The position numbers and the translations under genes are program-made. The notes under the pieces were generated by a model. That model saw only the letters and a list, made by a program, of their open reading frames with translations. It had not been told where the DNA came from and did no database searches. 40,663 bases of DNA from an uncultured Actinomycetes bacterium. GTDB taxonomy: Bacteria > Chloroflexota > Dormibacteria > CF-121. Shown here in pieces: positions 25,160 to 32,565 of the stretch. Position 1 is the first letter of the stretch, and each line of letters starts with the position of its first letter. The stretch covers positions 1 through 40,663 of the forward strand of contig CAZRMD010000003.1 of the NCBI GenBank assembly GCA_964601135.1, written 5' to 3'.

Positions 25160-26232
25160 TCCGGCGAGCGCTGCCCGGCCCGATGATGGTTCGCATCGCG
25201 ATCGCCACCCTGCTCGTGACCGCAGCAGCCGTGCTGGTGATCGCTGGAGGCGTGCTTATCGTCAGTCAGTCGCTTTTCCAGCGCCTGATGGAGGAACACG
25301 GCGCGAGTGCGGTCGCCGCCAGGGGCATGTTCGAGCAGACGGTTGGCACCGTCTTCCTGGTTGCCCTGGGGCTTGGCGCCGGGCTGAGCCTCGCGCTCGC
25401 CGTCATCCTGGCCCGTCAGCTGTCGCGTCCGCTCGAGCGCATTGGAGACGCGGCACGACAGCTGGCCGATGGCGATTACCGTGCCCGCGCCCAGCGACAG
25501 GGTCCTGATGAAGTGATCTCGCTGGCCGACTCGTTCAACCAGATGGCGGAAAGCCTGGAAGAGCAGGAGCGGCTGCGTCGCGAGTTCATCATCAACGCCG
25601 CGCACGAGTTGCGAACCCCGCTGACCAATCTGCAAGGCTACCTCGAAGCCCTGCGCGACAATGTGATCGCACCAGACCCGGAGGTCTTTGCCTCACTCCA
25701 TGAAGAGGTTGATCGTCTGGTGCGCCTGTCTCATTCACTCGATTTACTGGCCGAGGGAGGTTCACAGAGGAGCTCACATCCCCCGATCACGATGGACGTG
25801 ATCATCGCGATCCGCTCGGCGGTCGACCTCGCCAGGCCGGCATTCGATCGGCGCGGCATCACCATCGAAACTCGGCTACCAAGCGATGTCCAGGTGCGAA
25901 CCCACCCCGACCAGCTGGCCCAGGTGCTCGCGAACTTGTTGCAGAACGCCTCCCGCTACACACCGGAAGGCGGGCGGGTGACGGTGGCCGTCGAGACCAA
26001 TCCCACAGACGTGCTGATCAGCGTCTCCAACAGCGGCGATGGCATCCCCGCCACCGATCTGCCACACGTGTTCGAGCGTTTCTACCGCGTCGAGAAATCG
26101 AGAGACCGGGCCCGAGGTGGAGCAGGGATCGGACTGGCCATCGTCAAGCAGCTCGTTGAGTCGGCCGGCGGGCGGGTTGGCGTCGAGTCAGCCCCGGGCT
26201 TGACGCGGTTCTGGTTCACCGTGCCGGCCTGA
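25156..26232 (+). CDS. Membrane sensor histidine kinase with HAMP domain (BaeS-like)
   Basis: Two TM segments with a very short external loop, HAMP, AHELRTPL, NLLQNA, FERFYR, GAGIGL. Confidence 0.95.
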   Translation: MIRRALPGPMMVRIAIATLLVTAAAVLVIAGGVLIVSQSLFQRLMEEHGASAVAARGMFEQTVGTVFLVALGLGAGLSLALAVILARQLSRPLERIGDAARQLADGDYRARAQRQGPDEVISLADSFNQMAESLEEQERLRREFIINAAHELRTPLTNLQGYLEALRDNVIAPDPEVFASLHEEVDRLVRLSHSLDLLAEGGSQRSSHPPITMDVIIAIRSAVDLARPAFDRRGITIETRLPSDVQVRTHPDQLAQVLANLLQNASRYTPEGGRVTVAVETNPTDVLISVSNSGDGIPATDLPHVFERFYRVEKSRDRARGGAGIGLAIVKQLVESAGGRVGVESAPGLTRFWFTVPA

Positions 26233-26273
26233 GCGATCCGTCCTGGCCTACCATCGAAAAAAAGGAGGACCTG

Positions 26274-26957
26274 ATGAACGAGCGAAGCTCTCGTGGCACC
26301 GTCGTCTTCGACATCATCGGCACCAGCTTCAGCCTCGGTCGAGTTGGCGATGCGCTGACCCGGATTGGGGCGCCGTCCCACACGCTACCGCTGTGGTTCG
26401 CCCGATCGTTGCGGGATGCCTTCGCCCTCTCGCATGCCGGCGGGTATCAGCCGTTCAAGTCAGTGCTCGAGGCTGAATTGGCGCGCACGCTGCGGCAGCT
26501 CGATGTCCCGGTCACGCCCGAGCAGGTTGCCCAGATCATCGCGTCCTTTGGCCAGCTCGAGCCGCAGCCGGCATTTACCGAGCTCGTCACCGATCTGGCA
26601 GGCGACGGCTGGCGGATCGTTGCCCTGATGAACAGCAGTGTCGAGATGACGAAGGGACTGCTCGAGCGGGCTGGCGTACTGGATCATTTTTCTGCGCTTC
26701 TCTCGACCGATCAGATCCAGAAGTTCAAGCCGCATCCGGCCGTTTACGAGATGGCCCGTAGCGAGTCGGAAGGAGAGATCTGGATGGTGGCCGCCCACGC
26801 CTGGGACATTCAGGGCGCCGCCCGCGCGGGCTTCCGGACCATCTTCATCAGTGGCCTGGAAGGCGGCTATCTCGATGTCTATCCCAGGCCCGACGTCACC
26901 GTCGGTGAGCTCAGCGAGGTTCGCTCGGCGCTGCGCGCGGCTGCGGCCGTCCGCTGA
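26274..26957 (+). CDS. HAD-superfamily hydrolase (haloacid dehalogenase type II-like)
   Basis: VFDIIGT, FKPHPAVY, MVAAHAWDIQGA. Confidence 0.88.
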   Translation: MNERSSRGTVVFDIIGTSFSLGRVGDALTRIGAPSHTLPLWFARSLRDAFALSHAGGYQPFKSVLEAELARTLRQLDVPVTPEQVAQIIASFGQLEPQPAFTELVTDLAGDGWRIVALMNSSVEMTKGLLERAGVLDHFSALLSTDQIQKFKPHPAVYEMARSESEGEIWMVAAHAWDIQGAARAGFRTIFISGLEGGYLDVYPRPDVTVGELSEVRSALRAAAAVR

Positions 26958-26965
26958 GCGACGGT

Positions 26966-27487
26966 ATGGGCATGTCTGCGCTTGGAGCCCTGGTGCGTGG
27001 GGTCATCGCCGCGGCTGTTGGCACCGCGGCCATGGATGCGCTGTGGTATTGGCGATATCGGCGCGAGGGTGGAACCAGCGATCCAATCGCGTGGGAATTC
27101 GCCAGCGGACTCAACGATTGGGACAAGGCGCCCGTCCCTGCCCAGGTGGGAAGGCGTCTGGCTGGAGCGTATCTCGGGCACGAACTACCGGCCGAGAGCG
27201 CCCAGCTGACAACGAACGTCATGCATTGGGGATACGCGTCGTTCTGGGGAAGCGTTTATGGCCTCGTGATTGGTTCAACCCGTTCCAGTAATCCCCTGCT
27301 CGGGTTACCGTTTGGTGCGGCGGTCTGGGGCTTCGGCTACGCCGTCCTGCCGCTGGGCCACTTCTACAAACCTATCTGGGAGTACGACGCGAAGACGTTA
27401 TGGAAGGACTTGAGCGCCCACCTGGTCTTCGGCCTTGCCACCGCGGCCAGCTTCGCGCTCCTAACAAAAGGAGGAAATGATGGCTAG
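26966..27487 (+). CDS. Hypothetical membrane protein (DUF1440-like)
   Basis: AVGTAAMD, MHWGY, YKPIWEYD, DLSAHLVFG. Confidence 0.75.
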   Translation: MGMSALGALVRGVIAAAVGTAAMDALWYWRYRREGGTSDPIAWEFASGLNDWDKAPVPAQVGRRLAGAYLGHELPAESAQLTTNVMHWGYASFWGSVYGLVIGSTRSSNPLLGLPFGAAVWGFGYAVLPLGHFYKPIWEYDAKTLWKDLSAHLVFGLATAASFALLTKGGNDG

Positions 27488-27641
27488 ATGCCCGAAATGC
27501 GGCACGCAGCTGAACGCCGGTGCGATCGATCCTCCAGGGCCACATGGACGGCCCGAGTTGATCTGCCCGCAGTGCGGCAACTACTATCTCTGGGTCGCCG
27601 AACAACTGGAACTGGCCCCTCACCATCCGCTAAAGGCCTAG
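27477..27641 (+). CDS. CPxCG zinc-finger microprotein (54 aa), absent from the ORF track
   Basis: AAGGAGG RBS; MMARCPKCGTQLNAGAIDPPGPHGRPELICPQCGNYYLWVAEQLELAPHHPLKA. Confidence 0.75.
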   Translation: MMARCPKCGTQLNAGAIDPPGPHGRPELICPQCGNYYLWVAEQLELAPHHPLKA

Positions 27642-28286
27642 CTGTTTTCGAGTGAGGGCACGTCGACCGGGATGATATCGCTGCGGGCGAAGATCGGTCC
27701 GACATTCAGACCGATTCGTCGGTAGACGGCCTCGGGCACGGAGATGTCCGCGAGGTAGAGGCTGCCGACCGAGGGCCGGGCCGCCGAGGTTAGCAGACCT
27801 CGCTTCGGCAACGCTAACGTCAGCGTGACCGCAGCGGATCAGTGAAGCCGCTGGCTCGGCGGGGGCACCGCGCAGGCTGTAGCCGATGAGCGCGTCGATG
27901 ATGAGCTCCGACTCGGCGACGAGCTCGGAGGTCCCAGCGCCGTGCAGCCGGATGGGAATCCCCATCCATTCAAGGGTCGTGAGCTGCAATCGCGGCACGC
28001 CGCGCATCTCTTCACCCGCATGCGCCAGCACAACCGTGACAGTCGCGCCCCACGCGGACAGGCGCCGCGCCGCGGCCAGCCCACCTCCGCCGTTGCCACC
28101 ACGTCCAGCCAGAACCGTGATGCGCTGCCCATGCAGCTCGCCGCCGAGGATGTCTCTGGCCAGCGTTGCCAGGCACCGGCCGGCATTCTCCATCATCTGC
28201 AAGAGGCTGATGCCGGCCTCCTCCATCATCAGCCGGTCGACTTCCCGCATCTGCTCAACCGAAACTGACGTGACCGCCGTTTGCAA
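27638..28286 (-). pseudogene. nnrE: NAD(P)H-hydrate epimerase (YjeF-N) with internal deletion and frameshift
   Basis: QMREVDR, LLQMMENAG, GRGGNGGGG, IIDALIGY. Near 27835 the frame jumps to AAVTLTLALPKRGL...LYLADISVP, and the conserved (S/A)xDxPSG segment is missing. Confidence 0.75.
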
Positions 28287-28288
28287 CG

Positions 28289-28573
28289 CTAAGGAACGAC
28301 CTTCACTCCGTGCCAGAACGCGACGTAGTCCTTGATCTGAGCAGCAGCGTCTGAGGGATCGGGGTAGTACCAGGCGCCGTCGCGACTCACCTTGCCGTCG
28401 ACGACGACGTCGTAATAGCTGGCGAGTCCCTTCCAGTGGCAGGTGGTATGTGTCTGGCTGTCGGTAAGGTACTGCCGCCTGACGCTGCTCGGCGGAAAAT
28501 AGTCGTTGCCTTCGACCTTGATCGTTTGATCGCTTTCGGCGATCACCGTGTTGTTCCAAACCGCCTTGGGCAT
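28289..28573 (-). CDS. DUF427 domain protein
   Basis: VIAESD, VEGNDYFPP, TTCHWKGLASYY, AWYYPDP, IKDYVAFW. Confidence 0.92.
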   Translation of the reverse strand: MPKAVWNNTVIAESDQTIKVEGNDYFPPSSVRRQYLTDSQTHTTCHWKGLASYYDVVVDGKVSRDGAWYYPDPSDAAAQIKDYVAFWHGVKVVP

Positions 28574-28605
28574 TCGAATCAGGCCTCCATGTTCTCGGTA
28601 ATCGA

Positions 28606-28821
28606 CTAACCCGCACTCTGGCGTTGCTGCCGGAGTTTGTGCGTCTCCCGGATCGCTTCTCGAAACTCGACGATCATCTGCTGATACTCCGTGACCTCGC
28701 GCGCCGCCTCGACCTGGCCGGCCGCGGCGAGCCGGCCTTTGATGGCCACCGAGGCATAGTAGGCACCGTTGTAATAGGGGAGGAGGTTTTCGAACTTGAA
28801 CGGCGGGTCGCCCCTAGCCAT
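28606..28821 (-). CDS. Hypothetical protein (71 aa) translationally coupled to the peroxiredoxin-like gene
   Basis: Start overlaps the upstream gene end by 8 nt; natural codon usage. Confidence 0.65.
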   Translation of the reverse strand: MARGDPPFKFENLLPYYNGAYYASVAIKGRLAAAGQVEAAREVTEYQQMIVEFREAIRETHKLRQQRQSAG

Positions 28822-29272
28822 GAGAGAGCGCCTTCATGATGGTTTCGTCCTTCGGCCGGTCCGCGAAATCTCGGCCCTCGTAGATGTACCGAACGACGCC
28901 CTGCCGATCGCTTAGGACGAGCGCCGGTTTCGAGATACGCCCTGGCTCGTCCCAAAATCCGAAGGGCTTGATGGCGGTCTCCCCCTCGTGATCGGTCAGC
29001 AGGTCAAAGGGGAGCAGAAGTTTCTCGATCATGTCCCGGTTCTGCTCCGCGGAATCGATCGAAATCGCATAGATTCGAACGCCGGCCTGTCGAAAGGTCT
29101 CGATCTTCCTGGCAATGCTGACCAGCTGCCCATTGCAGTATGGTCACCAGTCGCCGCGATAGAAGACCAGGAGGTTCGGTCCTGCCGGATCGGGCAGCGT
29201 TCGCTGGGAGCCATTCTGGTCTGACAGCGTGAAAGCCGGCAGCTTTGTCCCGACCTTCAGGGTGGTGGCCAT
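28814..29272 (-). CDS. AhpC/TSA peroxiredoxin-like protein, probable selenoprotein (152 aa, UxxC, Sec43)
   Basis: GAGG RBS; MATTLKVGTKLPAFTLSDQNG...LLVFYRGDW-TGA-PYCNGQL...AISIDS, continuing in frame into the track ORF 28814-29032. TGA at 29144-29146. Confidence 0.88.
29112..29136 (-). promoter_or_regulatory. Candidate SECIS element (peroxiredoxin-like)
   Basis: GCAAU-GGGCA-GCU-GGUC-AGC-AUUGC; the GGUC loop starts after a 20-nt spacer from the UGA. Confidence 0.65.
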
Positions 29273-29341
29273 ACCTCTTCGAACAACCTACGCGACAACA
29301 ATCTTCCAGGGCAAGCCGTGCCAATCGATTTCGTAGCGGTC

Positions 29342-30187
29342 TCATACGGGAAAGAGCTTCGCGAAGAAGCTCGAAAATGCCGCCAGCATCAGAAACCAGG
29401 CACCCACGAGAATGAGGATTCGTCCGCCCATTCGCTTGACGGTTGGGGCGTTGGCGCGCATCGTGGCCGTCACGCGCTCACTGGCTGAGGCGATCAAGGC
29501 CGCCAGAGTGAACATCAAGGTGATCATCGCCAGGCCGGCGACGGCGAACGCGAGAACCGCTGCACCGAAGCCACCGACACTGAGCGACGCGCTGGCCAGA
29601 CCGGCCAGGATGGGGCCGGTTCAGCCAAAACCGGCCAGCACGTAGCCGAAGCCGAACAAGAAGAAGCCCGGCAGCGGATGCTCGTGGCGAAAGGCGGCCT
29701 GGCGGCGCATCGCGCCATGCACCGCCGGCTCGAGCGCCCGAAACTCGAAGGGCATGCGGTTGAGCTGGACGAGGCCGAAAAAGATGAGAACCACACCTAC
29801 AGCGGCCCGAATCAGGCGGCCGGTGGTACTCGTGAACGTCACTCCCGCAAAGAGCGCCGTTCCCAAAAGCGCGATGACGAGTCCAGCGAGGATCAAGAAC
29901 ACCGCGGCCCCGACTGCCAATGCTGCCGCATAGCTGAGAGACGCCGCCACACGCCTGTCCGATGCGACACCGGGGGCTCGCGCCAGGATCGAGAGAAGGA
30001 GCGGAAACGAACAGGGCGAAAAGAACGATGCGATGCCCGCGGCAGCGGCGAGCAACAGCAGGGCGCCGCCGGCCACCGGCGGGAGGTGAAAACGTGGATA
30101 CACGACGTAGCCCGCATAGCCAGCCAGCGCGACAGCGAGTATCAGTAAGGAAAGGAGGACGAAGCGCTGCCGCAGAAGCGGTCTCAG
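29342..30187 (-). CDS. CcdA/DsbD transmembrane-type disulfide reductase, probable selenoprotein; start uncertain (CTG 30187 or GTG 30103)
   Basis: First motif SFFSPCSFPLL; second motif GYVLAGFG-TGA-TGPILAGL (TGA 29621-29623), in frame with the track ORF 29342-29527, which ends ...KRMGGRILILVGAW. Confidence 0.8.
29592..29608 (-). promoter_or_regulatory. Candidate SECIS element (CcdA-like)
   Basis: CUGGCC-GGUCU-GGCCAG, a perfect 6-bp stem; the loop starts after an 18-nt spacer from the UGA. Confidence 0.7.
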
Positions 30188-30863
30188 GCTGACGCCGCCG
30201 CATTTCCGCGGAGGACAAGGAGCTTGCGAACCAGGATGCGCCGGCCCTGATTGCTGATGATGCCGTGCTGGCGCCAGTCCGAGAGCGTCCGCGATACGGA
30301 CTCGCGAGTTGCCCCAATCATCTTGCCCAGGTCCTCGTGCGATACGGGTGGAAGCAGCACCCCTTCCGGCGTTTGCTCGCCCTGGTCGATCATCGAGACC
30401 ACGAGAGTGGCTAGGCGACCGGCGACTGGCTGGGAGACCACGCTCTCCAGCGTGTCCTGGAGGTGCACGATTGCTTGGCCATCACCATCATGACCCTGGC
30501 CATCAAGAGCGGGTGCTTAGCCAGCATCTGCAGGAAGTCCTGGCCCCCGGCATCGCAGATATAGCTGTCCTGGATCGGCTCGGCGTGCGTGGCCTCGCTG
30601 CTTCTGCCGAACAGAGCTCCCACGCCGAATAGCTGGCCCGGTCCCAGAACCGCCGTGGTCACCTCATGCCCTTGGGGCGAGAGCTGATAGAGACGAACCC
30701 GGCCCTCCTTGACGAGGTAGACCCGCTCGCTGGAGCCGTCGAGGACAGCCGTTCCCTGCGGACAGTGGCGCATGCGGAGCTCGCTCGAAACCGCGGCCAC
30801 TTCGGCATCGGTCATCCCATCGAAGAGGTTCAGGCGGCGCATGAACCACAGCTTGTCGGGCAC
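30184..30863 (-). pseudogene. Crp/Fnr-family regulator with a 1-nt frameshift (possibly an assembly error)
   Basis: The cNMP domain (30411-30863 frame) and the HTH SHEDLGKMIGATRESVSRTL (30184-30468 frame) join as MAKQ-IVHLQD if one A is added to the AA run at 30471-30472. Confidence 0.8.
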
Positions 30864-30896
30864 GAGTCCAGCCTACGGCAGCGAGCGCTCCGGCGA

Positions 30897-30912
30897 TGTG
30901 ATGCAGGTCACA
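30897..30912. promoter_or_regulatory. Perfect CRP box TGTGA-N6-TCACA
   Basis: TGTGATGCAGGTCACA between the Crp gene and the divergent membrane-protein gene; TAGGCT -10 at 30934-30939. Confidence 0.8.
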
Positions 30913-30974
30913 GAAATCCGGTCCTGGCACCCCTAGGCTGGGAAAAACGAACTCAACCGGGAGGAGAGCGTGAG

Positions 30975-31487
30975 ATGAGCACAGGTGCTATTCCAGCGAT
31001 CAGAGGTGAGACGTCCCCCTGGCTTCGAGCCGGCGCTGCCGGGTTGATCGCGGGACTCGTTTTCGCTATGTGGGCGATGGTCGTGGGGATCTTCGCCAGC
31101 AACCTGTGGGCGCCGCCGCAGGGGATCGCGCAGGCCATCGGCATCGGCAACCCGGGCCATGACTTTCAGATCGTGCCGTTCGTTCTCGGGCTAATCGGTC
31201 ACATGATGAACTCGATCATCATCGGGCTGATCTTCTTCGCGATCGTGGCGGCCCTGAAGCTGCGCGGGGCCATCCTGGTTATCGCCGGCATGGTCTACGG
31301 GTTTGTCGTCTACCTGGTGATGTACCTCGTCGTGCTTCGTGGCCTGCTTTCCGGTACGAGCGCGTCGTTTTTGAGCGCCAACCCGGAGCGGTCCTGGATC
31401 CTCGCCCACCTGATGTACGGTCTCGTCCTCGGCGCGCTGCTGGTCTACGGACCGCTGCGTGAGCGATCGCTGACACGGGTACCCTAA
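30975..31487 (+). CDS. Hypothetical integral membrane protein (about 4 TM, two intramembrane His)
   Basis: GGAGGAG RBS; AGLIAGLVFAMW, LGLIGHMMNS, ILAHLMYGLVLG. Confidence 0.8.
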   Translation: MSTGAIPAIRGETSPWLRAGAAGLIAGLVFAMWAMVVGIFASNLWAPPQGIAQAIGIGNPGHDFQIVPFVLGLIGHMMNSIIIGLIFFAIVAALKLRGAILVIAGMVYGFVVYLVMYLVVLRGLLSGTSASFLSANPERSWILAHLMYGLVLGALLVYGPLRERSLTRVP

Positions 31488-31499
31488 CCAGAAGGAGGA

Positions 31500-31733
31500 G
31501 TGCGCGGCATGGAGTGCGCTGATTGCGGGTGCAAGGTTGAACGCGGCGGAGTCAGGATCGAAGTCTGCGGGAGGTCGAACTGCTGCTGCGCCGACCTCCC
31601 CGTTCGCCGCCCTGCTCCGGATCGCGATGAGGGAATGTCGTTTGATGACCGCGGCATCATGCGCGGCGGCGGTCCGCCTATCGCCTGGTTCAAGGACCCG
31701 GCCGGCAACATCCTGGCTGTGATTCAGGACTAG
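31500..31733 (+). CDS. Small Cys-rich protein fused to a VOC-family C-terminal fragment
   Basis: AAGGAGG RBS; CADCGC...CGRSNCCC followed by [19 protein letters not shown]. Confidence 0.55.
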   Translation: MRGMECADCGCKVERGGVRIEVCGRSNCCCADLPVRRPAPDRDEGMSFDDRGIMRGGGPPIAWFKDPAGNILAVIQD

Positions 31734-31851
31734 TCACCCCAGCCGGCGAGCGGTGCGGCCTGCCAGCACCCCTTGACAAGGCCCATAAGGACGGTGTAAC
31801 ACGGAGCGGTCAGAGGCGGGACGCGTATGGTCGGGGGTTGAGGAGGGGACC

Positions 31852-32445
31852 GTGGAGACGAGAACGAACGTTACTCGGCGCGATCTGCTCAAAGTCGGGC
31901 TGGCGGGGGTCGCAATCGGTGTAGTAGGAAGTTCGGTTGGGTCGATTGTCGACGCTCGAGCTGGTGGGGTTATTGGGGCTGAGAGCCTCCAGGTAGCGGA
32001 GATCTATGAGTTGCAAGCCGCGTTTCATCGCGCGAAGACAACCGCGGATATCAACCTCATGATGTCGCTGTGGGCGGCGGACGCGACCTTTACCAACCAT
32101 TCCGCGACCGGGACGAAGACATACCATGGTTCAGACGAGATCAGGGCCTTCTGGTTAGGATCCGGCTCGTGGACCCACCATCGGTTCTCCCTGGTGCCAT
32201 CGTTCAAGACAACGATCGAGGTCGATGGCAGCACCGCGTTCCTGTACTTCGAGTGTCACGACGTCGGCGAGTTCGCCACGAAAAACTTTGGAGACCCGAC
32301 GAAGAAGACGATTGTCAACGACACATACTTAGCGGGTACCTTACGTCACATCGGCGGCTCCTGGGTCTTTTCTGATATGACCGCCGGATCGAGCTCGCCC
32401 CTGTCGTATAGCACCTACTACTATCCGATTCCGTCGCGCCGCTAA
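31852..32445 (+). CDS. Tat-exported SnoaL/NTF2-like protein
   Basis: TRRDLLK twin-arginine signal; DINLMMSLWAADATF, YHGSDEIRAFW, IEVDGSTA. Confidence 0.8.
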   Translation: METRTNVTRRDLLKVGLAGVAIGVVGSSVGSIVDARAGGVIGAESLQVAEIYELQAAFHRAKTTADINLMMSLWAADATFTNHSATGTKTYHGSDEIRAFWLGSGSWTHHRFSLVPSFKTTIEVDGSTAFLYFECHDVGEFATKNFGDPTKKTIVNDTYLAGTLRHIGGSWVFSDMTAGSSSPLSYSTYYYPIPSRR

Positions 32446-32565
32446 CTCGGGGCCCAAAGAAGCAGGAGGTTGCGCCGGAGCGTGCACGCGACCTAGATCG
32501 ATGGCCCGCTCCAGGACGTAGCCCACTCCGCGATCCTCGATCTTCTGGACGGGTTACTGGCGGTT

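Noticed and set aside
27630-28616. 328-aa ORF as a single protein
   Set aside because: It is a composite of an alternative frame of DUF427, the N-terminal part of nnrE and a post-frameshift tail.
22331-30187. Alternative genetic code (UGA as Trp or Gly) to explain the in-frame TGAs
   Set aside because: Many genes here end normally at TGA, including ATGA overlaps. Trp is encoded by TGG. The internal TGAs occur only at Cys-type positions.
32490-32550. RGVGYVL peptide on the minus strand resembling a response-regulator C-terminus
   Set aside because: Too short to distinguish from chance, and no remaining domain is present.
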